Source of the DNA: the human T2T-CHM13v2.0 reference genome, Homo sapiens
NCBI RefSeq assembly: GCF_009914755.1
Contig: NC_060947.1
DNA: 64,000 bases
Direction: 5' to 3' (one strand)
Part shown: piece after piece, positions 1-16,776 of the stretch
Layout: every line of letters starts with the position of its first letter
How positions within the stretch are numbered: position 1 is the first letter of the stretch
Position numbers and translations under genes: made by a program
Notes under the pieces: model-generated
The model's input: the letters and a program-made list of their open reading frames with translations, nothing else
Database searches by the model: none
Told to the model about the DNA's origin: nothing

Positions 1-44
1 AGTCCTCGTTCTTCCAAAATATGATGAGGCAAACAAAGTCTTTC
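1..44 (-). CDS. LRCH2: LRCH2 last coding exon, 5' part (ERLCLPHHILEERGL..., end of CH domain); continues outside the window
   Basis: Polypyrimidine tract + CAG acceptor at 46-45; phase 0, in frame with the exon at 9236-9313. Confidence 0.93.
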
Positions 45-1077
45 CTGGAGAAAAAAAAGAGATATTTGAACATTCATTTTTTAGAAGTGTAATAAAATTA
101 AGTCAGAATTTGATTTTAAAAACATGATTTCTATAAAATGTCAAGAAAACTACATAATTCTAAGTTTTCTCTTATAAATATTGTAATCTAAAATGTTTTT
201 AGATTCTTAATTTATACTAAGAAAAAAGATTATAGAAGTCGGCCTTGTTTGAAATGCTGTCATTCCACACTTGTACCTCTTTCTCTACAAAGAAAATGTT
301 TATAAAAGAGTTGGTCACCACTTTTGGATTTCCCACTCACTACTCAACCACTGCTATCTTACATCTAACCCTAAAGCATATGCCCACTAAAACTATTTTA
401 GTAAAAATCACCAATGCCATCTTAAATGTCAAATGTTGCACATGTCTAGTTGACTGCTCAGTCATATTATGCCTTTGATTAATGCCTTTCTGGGAACCTT
501 ACTCCTCCCCTGTCTTGTGTGACACCATTCTTTTCTACTTCAACTTTTCTGACAGCAATTGTGCAGTAGCTTTCATTAATTAGCCCTCACCGATCCTCTT
601 CCAACATTCCAAATGTTTCCAAGGGTTCTGTCTTCACTCTCTTCTCTTTTACACTATACCCTCTCTTTTGGTATTCTCATCTATTTCTAGTTTTAACTAC
701 CCCTTCCATACCGATGGCTTCCAAGTTTTTATTTCCTCCCAAGATCTCTCTATTGATCTCCAAATACAATATCAACTGGACACAGCCAAATGGACATCTA
801 ACAGACATATCAAAATCAATGTGTCCACAACAGAACTACTTTACCAAATTAATTTGCCCTTCTGCGATCCATGTCTTAGTAATACACTATTCAATCTCCA
901 TTGACAAACCTGTGAAATATAATAGTCTTCCTCTTTCTTCCTTACTCCCATAACCCATTCTCCAAATACTAATGATGGTATCCCATAAAGAGTTCTCAAA
1001 ATTATTGCCTCATCTCCATCTTCACTGCTATATTTGTTGCCCTCTTAATATTTTGCTTATTTATTCAAATAACCACT

Positions 1078-3410
1078 GAAGTGTATGCTAGAAAAGAAGG
1101 AAGGCTTCAAATCAATGACTTCAGCTTCCACCCTAGAAACTAAAAAAAGAAGAGCAAATTAAACCAATGGCAAAAGAATGGTGCAAATAATGAGAATGAG
1201 AGAGGAAAACAATAAAGTAAAAAAACAAAAAACAATAGATAAAAAAAATCAATGCAACCCAAAGTTAGTTCATTTAGAAGATTTTTAAAAATTCATAAAC
1301 CTCAAGCTAGGCTAATCAGGAAGGAAAGAGAGAATACACAAATTACCAATATCATAAATAAGGGAAGTGACACCACAAGATATTCTACAAATACCAAAAT
1401 GATAATAAGGAGACATTATAAATAACTTCATAATAATAGTTTGACAAGTTAGATGAAATGGATGAATTCTTTGAAAGAATAATTAAATGATTCTGTAAAG
1501 AGAAACTCCTAAGGCACAGAAACACACACAAAAAAACTATTATAGAACTAATAAATGAGTTCTGCAAGGTTGCAGAATACAAGATCAATAAAAGAAAATC
1601 ACTTCTATTTCTATGAAGTAGCAATAAAAAATTGACAGTGGAATTAAAGAAATAATTATATTTATAATAGTACCAAAGAGAATAAAATACTAAGCATTTA
1701 ATTTAACAAATCTAATGAAAGACTCATACACTGAAAACTACAAAACACTGTTGGAATAAAAATTAAAAGATATAAATAAATGGAAAGATGTCTCATGTTA
1801 ATGGATCACAGGAATAAACATTGTGAAGATGACAATATTCCCCAAATCATTTTAGATTCGGTAATCCCAGCAAAATCCCAAGTGGCTTTTTTGCAGAAAT
1901 TGACAAGCTAATCAATCCTAAAATTGATATGGAAATGCAAGGGACTCAGTATAGCCAAAACAACCTTGATACAGAACAAATGTGGAAGACTCACACTTCT
2001 TGATTTCAAAATGCATCACAAAATTACAGTAAGCAAGACAGTGTGATACTGGAATAAGGAATTTAGTGGTAAAAAAAACTGAGAATCCAGAAATAAAGCC
2101 TTATATTTATGGTCACCTGATTTTTGACAAAGGTGCTAAGACAGACAATTCAATGGGGAAAAGAAGAGTCTTATCAACAAATGGTGCTGGGAAAATTGGA
2201 TATCCACATGTGAAAGAATGAATTTGGATCCGTACCTCATACCATGCACAAAACTGATCTCAAAATGGATCACAGACAAAAAGGTAAGCCCTAAAACTAT
2301 AAAACTTTTAGAAGAAAACACAGGTGTAAATCTTTGTGACCCTGAATTACACAATGTTTTCTTAGATATGATATCAAAATCATAAGCAGCAGAAGAAAAA
2401 ATGGGATAAACTACACTTCATCAAATTAGTAACTTTTGTGCTGTAAATGATACCATCAAGAAAGTGAAAAGACAACCTGCAGAATGGGAGAAAATATTTG
2501 CAAATCATGTATCTCTTAGGCAATTTGTATCCAGAATACATAAGGAACTACAACTCAAAAAAAAAAGATAAATAATCTAACTCAGAAATGAACACAGGGT
2601 TTCAATAGACATTACTCCAAAGAACATATACAAATCAATAAGCACAAGAAAAGATGCTCAACATCATTAACTACTAGGGAAACGCAAATCAAAACCGCAA
2701 TAAGATATCACATCACATACACACTAAAATAGCTACAACCAAAAAGGTAGACAGTAGTAGCCATTGTTGGTGATGATGTGAAGAAATTAGAACCCTCATA
2801 TATTGCTGGTGGAAATGTAAAAATAGTGCAGCCACTTTGCAACATATTTTGTCAGTTTCTTAAAAAATATAAACATAGAGTTACCATATAACCTAACAAT
2901 TTCACTGCTAGGTATAACCAAGAGAACTGAAAACAAGTGTTCAAAGAAAAACTTATTCACGGATGTTCAAAGCAACATTATTCATAATAAACAATGAGTG
3001 ATAACAATCCAAATGTCTATCAACTGATGAATGGATAAACAACATGTGGTATGTATTTAGAACAGAACACTATTCAGCCATAAAAAGAAATGAAGTACTG
3101 ATTTAGGCTACAAATGGATGAACCTTGGAAAAATTATACTAAGTCAAAGAAGCCAGACACTAAAGACCACATATTGTATGATTTCATTATATGTCATGTC
3201 TAGAGTAGGCAAATCCATAGAAAGAACAGAGGAAGGACTGCGAATGGGCAAGGGCTGTGTTTCTGGGGTGACGAAAATATTTTAAACAGATTGTTGTTAA
3301 CTGTTGCTGAACTCTGTGATTATGCTAAAAACCATTTAATTGTACACTTTAAATCAGTGAATGCTATGGCATTGTAATTATATCTCAATAAAAATATTTT
3401 CTTAAAAAAA
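1078..3410 (+). mobile_element. Old L1M (L1MB/L1MC-like) ORF2 fragments + 3'UTR, internally deleted near 1500
   Basis: Degenerate ORF2 motifs (AAATGGTGCTGGGAAAATTGG, CAAATGTCTATCAACTGATGAATGG); ends TATATCTCAATAAA. Confidence 0.85.
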
Positions 3411-3449
3411 TCAATGTATATGCCCAATCTCAGGCTTAAAAAAAGAGAA

Positions 3450-4670
3450 CTTCAATCCATACTTTTTAACCACATACAAAAACTAACTCAAAATTGATCA
3501 TAGACATGAACACAAAACCTAAGATTATAAAATTTCCAGAAGTAAACATAGGAAAGAAATCTTTGTGGCCTTGGATTATACGAAGATTTCCTAGGTTTGA
3601 CACAAAAAGCACAGCCCATTTTAAAAAATAAATTGTACTTCAATAAGTGAAGATCCTGCTCCTTGAAAGACACTCTAAGGACAATGAAAGGACAAGCCAA
3701 AGATTTGGATGCAATATTTATAAATCTGGTAAATGTCTTTATCCATAACTTGTAAAGAAATCTGAAATTCAATCATAGGAAAATAAACAACCCAATACAA
3801 AATATACCTCAGATTAGAATATGTACTTCAAAAAAGAAAGTATACTTCAAAGTACTTCAAAAAGAAGATATACAGGTGGCAAATAAGCCTTGAAAAGATG
3901 ATCGGCATCATTAGTCTTTAGGAAAATGCAAATTAAAACTGCACTGGCAAGTCAGTACATACATATCACAATGACTAAAATTTTTAGAAGATTGATCATA
4001 CTGAATGTTAGTGAGGATGTGGAGGAACTGGAACTCTCACATACTGCTGACAGGAATGTAAAACAGTACAACCACTTTGGAAGAGTTATGTAGTTTCTTA
4101 AAATGTTAAGTATGCACTTCCATATGTTCCAGTTATTCCACTGCTAGGTATTTACTAAAAATTAAAGAATGTATAAATCCATACAAAGACTTGTATACAA
4201 ATGTTCATAGCAGCTTTATTTGTAGCAGCCGCTAAAACTGGAAACAACCCAAATGTCCATCAGCAGGTCAAGGGATTAACAAACTGTGGTATATCCATAC
4301 AATAAAATACTATCCAGAAATGAAGAGCAATGGTCTATTCATACATGCAACAACACTGACGAGTCATAAAATAATTATGCTGAGTGAAAGAAGATAGAAA
4401 AATATAATACATATTGTATCATTCCATTTATATAAAACTCTAGAAAGTGCAAACTAATCTGCAATGACAGAAAGCAGATTAGTGGTTGCTGGAGAAAGAA
4501 GGATTGCAAAGACACATGAGGAAATTTTGGGGGGCAGTAGATATGTTCATTATTTTGACTGTGGTGATGATTTCATGGTGTATGCATATGTCAAAATTGA
4601 TCAAATTGTACACTTTATTTATATGCCCTATATTGTATGTTAATAACTCAATAAGGCTGTTAAAAATTGG
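3450..4670 (+). mobile_element. Second old L1M (L1MC/L1ME-like) 3' fragment
   Basis: ORF2 C-terminus and 3'UTR motifs (AACAACCCAAATGTCCATCAGCAGG; CTCAATAAGGCTGTTAAAAA). Confidence 0.8.
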
Positions 4671-4789
4671 AAAACATCCTAAAACAAAGAAAATTAATTT
4701 AAAAATTATTATATATTACCAATTCTGAGTTCAGAGAAAAGCAATGAAGCTAAAAATAAAACCCTTAAAACAAAAATGACATAATATTA

Positions 4790-7907
<3,118 letters not shown>

Positions 7908-8074
7908 AAAGGGGTTTTTTTAATTTTAAAAAAGAAAAAATGGCAAAACGGGAAAATCTGTATAATGTAATGGCTGCAGAAAACGTTGCTAAGTTTGCTA
8001 TTTCCCCACTGAAAGATTGAGAGTAGAAAAAAGAAACAACAAACATTTTTAAGAATTAAAAATTTAAAACATCA

Positions 8075-8392
<318 letters not shown>

Positions 8393-9235
8393 CATCACAT
8401 CAACTATATACAAGAGGTAATTAGAGAACATTATGTAATTTCCAAATTACCCAACAATTCAGATTCTCTACACATTAAATTATGTTTACTTACTTGAGGG
8501 AAGAGATTAAAGTGGGATCTGTAGACCAGATTATTAAGACACTGTTCAAAAGACAGCTTAACAAGCACAACTTAATTGTGCTCTGATAACAATGTCATTT
8601 CTCTCCATAGTCATTCATGTTGAGGTTAGGTTTATAACACTTTACAAAGAAGCAATATTGTGATTATATATCTTCCTTACATATTTACAATACTGCTTTA
8701 ATGATTATTGTATAGTAGTGCAATTATTACATGAAACATAAGACAATTCCTAAAAATTTCAAAGTTTGTCCAATACAGGTATTATCATAATATGCTGGTA
8801 TAATTTCCAATTTTGCATTTTAAATAAAGTTTAAAAAGCTATTCACACTGAATGCAAATCTTCCAATCAGAATCTATCCAGTGAATTACAATGGGGTCCA
8901 AATGTTCTCTAGCAAAAAAAAAAAAAAAAGAAGGAAAAAAAGATGGTAACAATGACATCACAACCAAGTTGTAAATATGGCCACCGAGTTATGTTTGGTC
9001 AGTGATGTGCATGATTTTCCATATTTGTAGCTATTTTATAAATTACTTTAAAGGTAGCTTAAAAACATTCATTAGATAACTGCTACAGTGAAAGCTGGAG
9101 CTTAGGAGAAGGTACCAAGAGAAGGCATTCATTTTCATGTTCAGAAAGCATTATTCATTGCTCTAAGAAGAACCCCAGTTTGCATGTAATAAATTCAAAT
9201 TTAAGTGATCACGTTGTTAGATAAATAACAATTAC

Positions 9236-9313
9236 CTGTGAGACACCCAACTTTTTACAAGCATCAAGAAAATTTTCTACATTTCTTCGACATTTTGCCA
9301 TGCTCAGTTTGGG
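9236..9313 (-). CDS. LRCH2: LRCH2 exon ~20, CH domain (PKLSMAKCRRNVENFLDACKKLGVSQ)
   Basis: 78 nt, CAG acceptor / GTAATT donor; LRCH-family CH motif NVENFLxACxKLGV. Confidence 0.97.
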
Positions 9314-9468
9314 CTGTAAAGTAAGAGGGAAAAAATGTACTTTTAGGCATTTTTCTATGGAACTTAATCAAAACTGAAAACTAAGTTCACTGAGGTATAT
9401 TATTTAAAGACAATTTTAAGAAGCTATATCTTCCTTTAGAGAACTAACAAATTGTAAACAAAACTTAC

Positions 9469-9606
9469 CACTGCTGGTGATGGTACATGAATACTAGCAA
9501 CAGAACGTGGCCTTATATGATTGGCTAAATGGCAAAGAACAACCCCATCCATCAGTGCAGCTCCAATGTCATCAGGCAAAATTACTTTTAACCTGGATTC
9601 AAGATT
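9469..9606 (-). CDS. LRCH2: LRCH2 exon ~19, CH domain (NLESRLKVILPDDIGAALMDGVVLCHLANHIRPRSVASIHVPSPAV)
   Basis: 138 nt, TAG/GTAAGT; CH motif LxDGVVLCHLAN. Confidence 0.97.
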
Positions 9607-9788
9607 CTATAGAAAAACAGGTATAAATCAGATACTCTATCTAAACATACATGTTAAATGTTTATATTACTAATTGTTGTATATCCAAACATTTTAAGGA
9701 GCATTGAAAATGAAATCTGTACGCCTTATTAATTTTCCAAGTTAAACCCATTTCCACAAAGCAGATCTGAAAGAGCAATCTGACTTAC

Positions 9789-9901
9789 GTTGCGAAGTTG
9801 TCGTATTTGCTCTCGCTCTTCCCGTAAATGTTCCATCTTTCTTCTCATTGTAAATCCTGGATCTGCTGCCCCATATTCTTGGCGAGATGAGCGGCTAAAA
9901 G
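9789..9901 (-). CDS. LRCH2: LRCH2 exon ~18 ((A)FSRSSRQEYGAADPGFTMRRKMEHLREEREQIRQLRN)
   Basis: 113 nt, TAG/GTAAGT, phase 1 to 0; family motif DPxFTxRRK. Confidence 0.96.
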
Positions 9902-10653
9902 CTATAAAAACAGAAATTTCCTAACTTGTTACAAAGTTAATGGGAAGGAGCAACTATTGATGGGGAAAGAGGCATGATGAATCAATACAAAATTACATAA
10001 AATATTATTACTCACTAATACATTCCAAATATTTTTAGAGAATATATTTGAACTCTATTTATGTGCATAATTGAAAGCAACAGGGAAGATAAGTGTAATG
10101 ATTTCTACCACCTATACATGTTCTTATTCAAACATACGTTATTAGAAACTTATGGCCCAGGTTAAAAATGATTACTGAACATATGTCAGCCTTTTATCTT
10201 TTAAAAAAGGAAATTATTCTTGAAGGTCAATACAGTTATTCAGGAATAAAAACTATAGTTCAATACCTTGACAAGTAACATGGATCCATTTTCTTTTGGG
10301 CTTGCCAAATGCGAAAAGATCCCTTTATAAAACCACAATATAATGGAGTGCTATAATTTCAAACAGTGTTTGGTCTGCTGGCAGAGTGGTCATTCTAACA
10401 GCAGTCACAGTAGAGTAGAAATAAGACTGCAGTATATCTAAGGCAAAAAGCTGAGGTTTCAGGAGCTTGAAGGTAAAGAGGAAGAAAGAAATGGGAATGG
10501 GAATTGGAAAGACAAATATCGTTAAGAGAAAATTGCTTTTAGGAGAGGGGAAAGAATCTATGTGTACTTAAGACTATGGAATCAATCCCATTTAAGCTGG
10601 GAAACTAGTTTCATATATAACTAATAAATTTTATTTACAGAATATCTATTTAC

Positions 10654-10711
10654 CTGATCTAGGCTTCAAGCCAAAGGGACTGTGTGAAAAACCATCAGTT
10701 CTGTCATATTC
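10654..10711 (-). CDS. LRCH2: LRCH2 exon ~17 (EYDRTDGFSHSPFGLKPRS)
   Basis: 58 nt, TAG/GTAAAT; family motif PFGLKPRS. Confidence 0.94.
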
Positions 10712-11814
10712 CTAAAAAAAAATTAAAAAGTTAAAAATAAATAAATAATAAAACTTCTTTTCTTTCAAAATAATCAAGGTGCTTATTCACATCCATTCCA
10801 ATTTGGGGAAATACTTATTTTCCTATGATTAGTGAAGAGAAAAGTAACTTGCATTTCAATTCAAGTTGATACATGTCACTTTTAAGAGGTCAACTAATAT
10901 TTGCTAGTTGAGCTAACCATATAGGCTTTAAATACTTTCATAGTAGAAAGAAAATGAAAATCATTAGTGAACTGTATAAAATAGATCATACTTTTTGAAA
11001 GAATCAGACTGAAGTTTCCGAAAAAAAGAAGTAAGCTTCAATGAAAAGGTAAGTGAATTTAGCATTTACTCAGCATCTACTATGGACTTAACACCTAACA
11101 GTAGATAATCTGAAGGCAAACATATTTGTATAGGGACTGCAGAATGATAGATGATAAATATCATCTCTTCTATTTGAATGAATATTTTTTCAAATCTTTC
11201 ACACACAGTGGTTTGCTATGGAAAGATTTGTAGTACATTAAACAAATCTGAAGATGGAGTTAGAAAGCTTAGGCTATGTTTTGAGCACAACATATAATTT
11301 CTCTGTGATTGTTTCTTCATCTTTCAAATGAGGTTACTGTGAAGATTAAATGAGATAACTAAATGATGATAAAATAATGTAATCTTAGCAGCACCTTATT
11401 TAATCTGTGCAACAACTCTGTGAAGTGAGTAGGGCTCAGCTTCAGTCACTTCTCTGCCATTTATTAACTAAGATAGTTTGGAAAGTTACCCATCTCTTCA
11501 GCTGTAAAATGATGAGGATCATACCTATTTTATGGGGCTGCTTTTAGGTACAAATATACAGGCAAGCACTTTGTTAATACTAAAGCATTACACCAATTAG
11601 TTTTACTCTTTTCCATTCACACATGAAATTAATGTAATCAGAATTCTGTAGATTACCTAAATCTTCTGTTAACACGTGATATGCAGTTCAGGTTAAATGT
11701 CAGTTGAGTTACCAAAGCACATACATACTCACCACCCTATCCAAATCTACAAGCCTCCCAGTTTGTCTTCACTATTTTGGTTAAATTAATATGAATTCCT
11801 AGATGAAAATTTCA

Positions 11815-12264
<450 letters not shown>

Positions 12265-12892
12265 TTATTTGGGAAATTTGGTATGAATAGTCTTCCCTGT
12301 GAACACAGATCATAAAATCATATATCAAGCAGACAAATAAGTAGTAGTCACTTATATGCTTATACTTGTAACTTAAAGTAAAAGAATTACAAAAGCATAT
12401 GACAAAGACTAATTTTAAGATATCCTAATTTAAATTGTTTTCTAAAAGTGTGTATACCATTTTACCTATCATATGAATAATTTAGAAACATGTTTATAAA
12501 ATTAATGTCCAAATCCATTCAAAAGTTTTGTAATGCAGATCACCCACAACAACAAAGAATCCTAGCCTATTAAAAAAGCAACACCACCTACATATAATGA
12601 AATATTAGCAGCATCTATGTAACCAAAGTTACACAGTGAATTTGGGCCATCCAACACTTTGAGCAAAGTGTTGAATTCATCAAATGAATGTGTAATCATT
12701 TACTTACTAATGCCAATACACTTTAAGGTAATCTTAAGTAGAAGAGATAGAGTTTAGAATTTTTTAAATTTATCTCTTGTTGTAAAGCAATAGACTTGAA
12801 TAAATAAATTAGAAGAATCAGTCATTCAAGCCACCAGAGTATTTGATCGAGATTTCACAAACTCTAACTTTCTGATACCCATTCTCCCAAAA

Positions 12893-13021
12893 ACGTGTAA
12901 CCTCCTGTCGATAGGAACAACCCACTGCAGGGATGTTTCTCGTGGAAAAAGGAAATTTCTTTTGCATTGGTTTCAGACCTAACTGGTTACAAGAAAAACC
13001 AAAGGCCATTGCACAATGCTG
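12893..13021 (-). ncRNA. SNORA35B: Intronic box H/ACA snoRNA, probably SNORA35B (SNORA35/HBI-36 family)
   Basis: 129 nt, sense to LRCH2. Hairpin 1 closed by GCAUUG/CAAUGC with a pocket and upper stem; hinge with ANANNA box (AAAAGA/AAAGAA, 12963-12957); hairpin 2 (CCUUUU/AGGAGG); ACA at 12898-12896 plus 3 nt. Name from recall of annotation in this gene. Confidence 0.8.
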
Positions 13022-13419
13022 AAGTACTTTTTTCAAATTTAAAATTTGAAAGTTGTTCTTAAAATCTATCATTTATTTTAAAATACGGATGAATGAGAAA
13101 GCATAGATTTGATAAAGTGAATTCTTTTCTGCAATCTACAGACACTTCCAAAAATCACTACAGACACTACAGACACTACAGAAAATCATAAATAAACAAG
13201 TGCTAGTATCAATATTTTTACCAAAAAATGGCATTCTTAGAATTTTTTATAGGCTAGAAGGTTTGTACAAACTAATCTGCCACGGATTTTAAAATATGAG
13301 TGAATAAATTATATTGCAAAAAAAATCAGGTTACAGAGAACTGGCAAGGAAGACTCTTATGTAAAACACAGAAAACATACAAAACGTATTTTTAAGACAA
13401 ATAAAAACAGAACTTGTAC

Positions 13420-13470
13420 CTCAGATGATACTGGAGATTGTGTTGACATATTAGCATTATCACTGTCTTG
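13420..13470 (-). CDS. LRCH2: LRCH2 exon ~16 (QDSDNANMSTQSPVSSE), frame-symmetric, probable cassette
   Basis: 51 nt, TAG acceptor / weak GTACAA donor, phase 0-0. Confidence 0.88.
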
Positions 13471-13599
13471 CTAAAACATAAAAATAAAAAGATGGAAGAT
13501 GAAATTACAATACAAATGATGATTTAAACATATAAAAGGAAAATAAAAATTGTTCTGACCAACTACTAAAGGAAGACCTACTAAAGATATGCCATCCAG

Positions 13600-13770
13600 C
13601 ACATTGCCACTCTACATGTGGTCTGTAAACCAGCAGCATAGGGATCCTCTGGGAGTTTAGAAATGCAGAATCTCAGGCCTCACCCGAGACCTAACTAATC
13701 AGAATCTACATTTCAGTAAGACCCTCAAGTGGTTCGAAATATAGTAAAGTTTGAAAAATACTATCTACAT
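13600..13770. mobile_element. MER5-like hAT fragment
   Basis: AGAAATGCAGAATCTCAGGCC…ATCAGAATCTACATTT motif. Confidence 0.75.
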
Positions 13771-14014
13771 ATAATAGCAGGGACGTGTTACCAATCTGAG
13801 ACATGTAAATGAAGGCATGCAAAATCTCCATCACCCCAAATAACTTTCATCTGAAAATTTACATGTATCTAATATAGGCTTATTGATAATTACAAAGAAT
13901 TTAATTTAATAAAACATTAAATGGTCCATGATTTTTAAATGACTATTCTACTGCCAACCAAATATGAAAATTTTGACATTTAACTTTGAATATGCACACT
14001 ACATAGAAAATGTA

Positions 14015-14800
14015 TTCATTCAACAAATGATTATTGGCTACCTACTATATGTCAGACACTATGCTAGACAGTGAGAGTACTGAAATTTAGTAAAATATCA
14101 CCCATTCAAGGACCTTTCAGTCGAGGACAGAAATAGATTAATGTATACAGGTAATACAACATTCTCAGTATAATACAGAACAATGCATGGCATATTATGA
14201 GGCACAGATAAGGGGCACTTGGGGGGGATGATGAAGATGGTAGAGAAAGGCAAGTTTCCTGAGAAAGTATAAATTCAGTAAAAAACTGAGTGTCTACCAG
14301 AAAAAGAAAGAAGGGAACAACATGCTAAGATGAGAGGAGAAGAACCAAAGCATGGAAGCAACAAATGTAAAGATGAGTGCAGAAAACCTCTGAGCAGTTT
14401 TGTCTTGTTGGAGGGTAAGGTGAATGGAGGGTAAGGTGAAAGAAGAGCAAGTTGTGAATTAAGGCTGATGTGGCAAGCAAGGGCTTGATAAAGGAGGATC
14501 TAGAATTTATCTTCTAAGTTATGGGGGGAAACTGAAGGTTTCCAAGCAAGGGAATGGCCTGATTGCATCTGTGTTCTTTGAAACGACCACTCTGGCTGCA
14601 GTGAGAATGGACTAGAGAAAGGGAGAAGTGCAAGGAAGTTATTGCAGTAGAACAGGCAAGAAATGGACGAGGGCCTCTGCCGGAGCAGAAACAGTAGAAA
14701 TAAAAGGGGAATGTATGCAAAATATTTTAGTGCAAATAAACAAACAGTAAGTCTTGGCTGCTGATTAGATATTGAGGCAGGCAAGAGAAAAGAGGGTATG
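14015..14800. mobile_element. L2 fragments
   Basis: ATTCATTCAACAAAT…; GACCACTCTGGCTGCAGTGAGAATGG L2 motifs. Confidence 0.7.
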
Positions 14801-14869
14801 AGGAGGCAGGGATAAGAAAATGTTTTCTGTCAAAGGCAGATGACAAATATTTTAGGCTTTGTGACAACT

Positions 14870-15201
14870 AACTGTCCCCCAATTCATGAGGAATATGTTC
14901 CAAGAACCCCAGTGAATGCCTGAAACCACAGATAGTACCAGACCCTTTATAATATATGTGCTATGTTTTTTCCTATACATACATACCTATGATAAAGTTT
15001 AATTTATAAATCAGGTATGAGATTAACATCAATAACTAATAATAAAATAGAACAATTATAACAATGTATTGTAATAAAAGTTATGTAAATGTGGTCTCTC
15101 TCTAAGTGTCTTATTGTACTGTACTCACCTATTTTTAGACTGTGGTTGACCACAGGTAACTGAAACCTTGGAAAGTGAAATGGAGAAAAAAGGAGAGCTA
15201 C
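14870..15201 (-). mobile_element. MER44 (Tigger7-type) MITE nested in a MER58-like element (14820-15340)
   Basis: GGTTGACCACAGGTAACTGAAACC terminus; flanks TTTTCTGTCAAAGG…AAATATTTTAGGCTTTG and ATTTGGCCC…TTTGCCAGCCCCTG. Confidence 0.7.
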
Positions 15202-16731
15202 TATACTCAAACACTGCCACAGTAATGAAAAAGTAGCCATAGGCAAATGAGTATGGCTGTTTTCTGATACAGCTTTACTTACAATCCCATACAGCATGTC
15301 AAATTTGGCCCCTGGATCATAATTTGCCAGCCCCTGCTCCAGCTAGATGATGGAAGGTGATTCCATTAACTCAGTAGTTCTCAACCTTGGCTGGACATTA
15401 AACTCACATGGGAAACGTTAAAAACTTCATTGCTCAGTCCATACCACAACATACCACATGTCAATTAAATTATAATATCTAGGGGGTGTGACCCAGGCGA
15501 CAGTATTGTCTAAAGCTCACCTGGTAATTTTAGTGTACAGCCAAAGTTGAGAGCCACTACACAAACTGTCGGATATTAGCGAAAAAGTGGGTTTAGAAGC
15601 AAAAACTTTTTAAAAACTCAGTTTTGAACATATTTAGTCCTATTGGGTTTATGAGATATATCCAGCAGAAATTCTAAGCAGGTAGGAAGATGGATAAAAT
15701 ATTGCAAGGGCTTGAACCTCAGGGGAGAGGTCTGGACTACAGACAAATCTGAGAGGCTTCAGCAGGTACACAGGTGTTATTCACTGAAGGCTTGACAGCT
15801 GGTGAAGACATGCTAGAGACCACACAGTAGGCCATTCCCTGGGAATAATATTTAAAGGGTAGGCTGGGATCTTGTGGAGTTGGTGCAATGGAAAGCTTGG
15901 GCAGGTGTACAGGAACTGATTGTGCTGATGCATGGGTAAATATTGCCAAGCATACCCATACAAAACATGTAATTTAGGCTTAAATATAAATACTAACAGT
16001 GAAAATATGACCAGCTATAGCCATAACTGACTTTTATTCATCCCAGTAAATACTACTGGAGAGGCCAATGGAGAGAAATCGGCATCTGAGCTGGCAGACG
16101 ACCAATCATCTGGCTCTATTCATTATTTTTCCCTGTGTGATTCTATTTCCTAAAACTGAAGACATTTTCAGAAGCCCTGCCAAGTACCCAACATCAAATT
16201 AAATACCAATCTCTCCAACAAAAATACACAAAACTTAAGTATTTATGGTAATGAGAATATATCTTTTCAACAATGATAGGCTGCTGCATAGTTTACACTG
16301 TGCAGTAGAAAGGTTTATGGTAATGCACAAACTGTAGAAGTCGAATTTTAAATTTTAAAATAGCATGCAGAATTTGTGGAAGGAGTTCCTAAACAAAGTT
16401 CCTAAAAAAAATCTCAATTGACGACCAGGCTGATTTAGAAAGATAAAAGATGTGAAAGACAACACACACTCACATATGACAGGTCTAAGACGAATGATGA
16501 TAAAATTCTAAAACTGAATTATTAGTAATTCCATTCTAAAGGACATATGGAAATTAAATGATTAAATTAATAATTGTATGATGATGCTCATATGTTTTTA
16601 TTGTTGAAAAAAAACCATGCATTAAATCAATAACAAAGAAACTGAAAAATGGATTACATTTTACTCTCACTGAGCCAACTTCATATGATAAGTAAACATT
16701 TCAAATAATTATTAATATTATCTTTTCTCAC

Positions 16732-16776
16732 CTCATCATTTTCATTGCCACTTGAACTCTTCCTCATTGATTTATA
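16732..16776 (-). CDS. LRCH2: LRCH2 exon ~15 (YKSMRKSSSGNENDE)
   Basis: 45 nt, CAG/GTGAGA, phase 0-0. Confidence 0.9.

Noticed and set aside
12818-13072. 84-aa minus-strand ORF
   Set aside because: Overlaps the H/ACA snoRNA; no recognisable domain or splice context.
13134-13182. (ACTACAGAC)n short repeat
   Set aside because: Simple slippage repeat of about three units.
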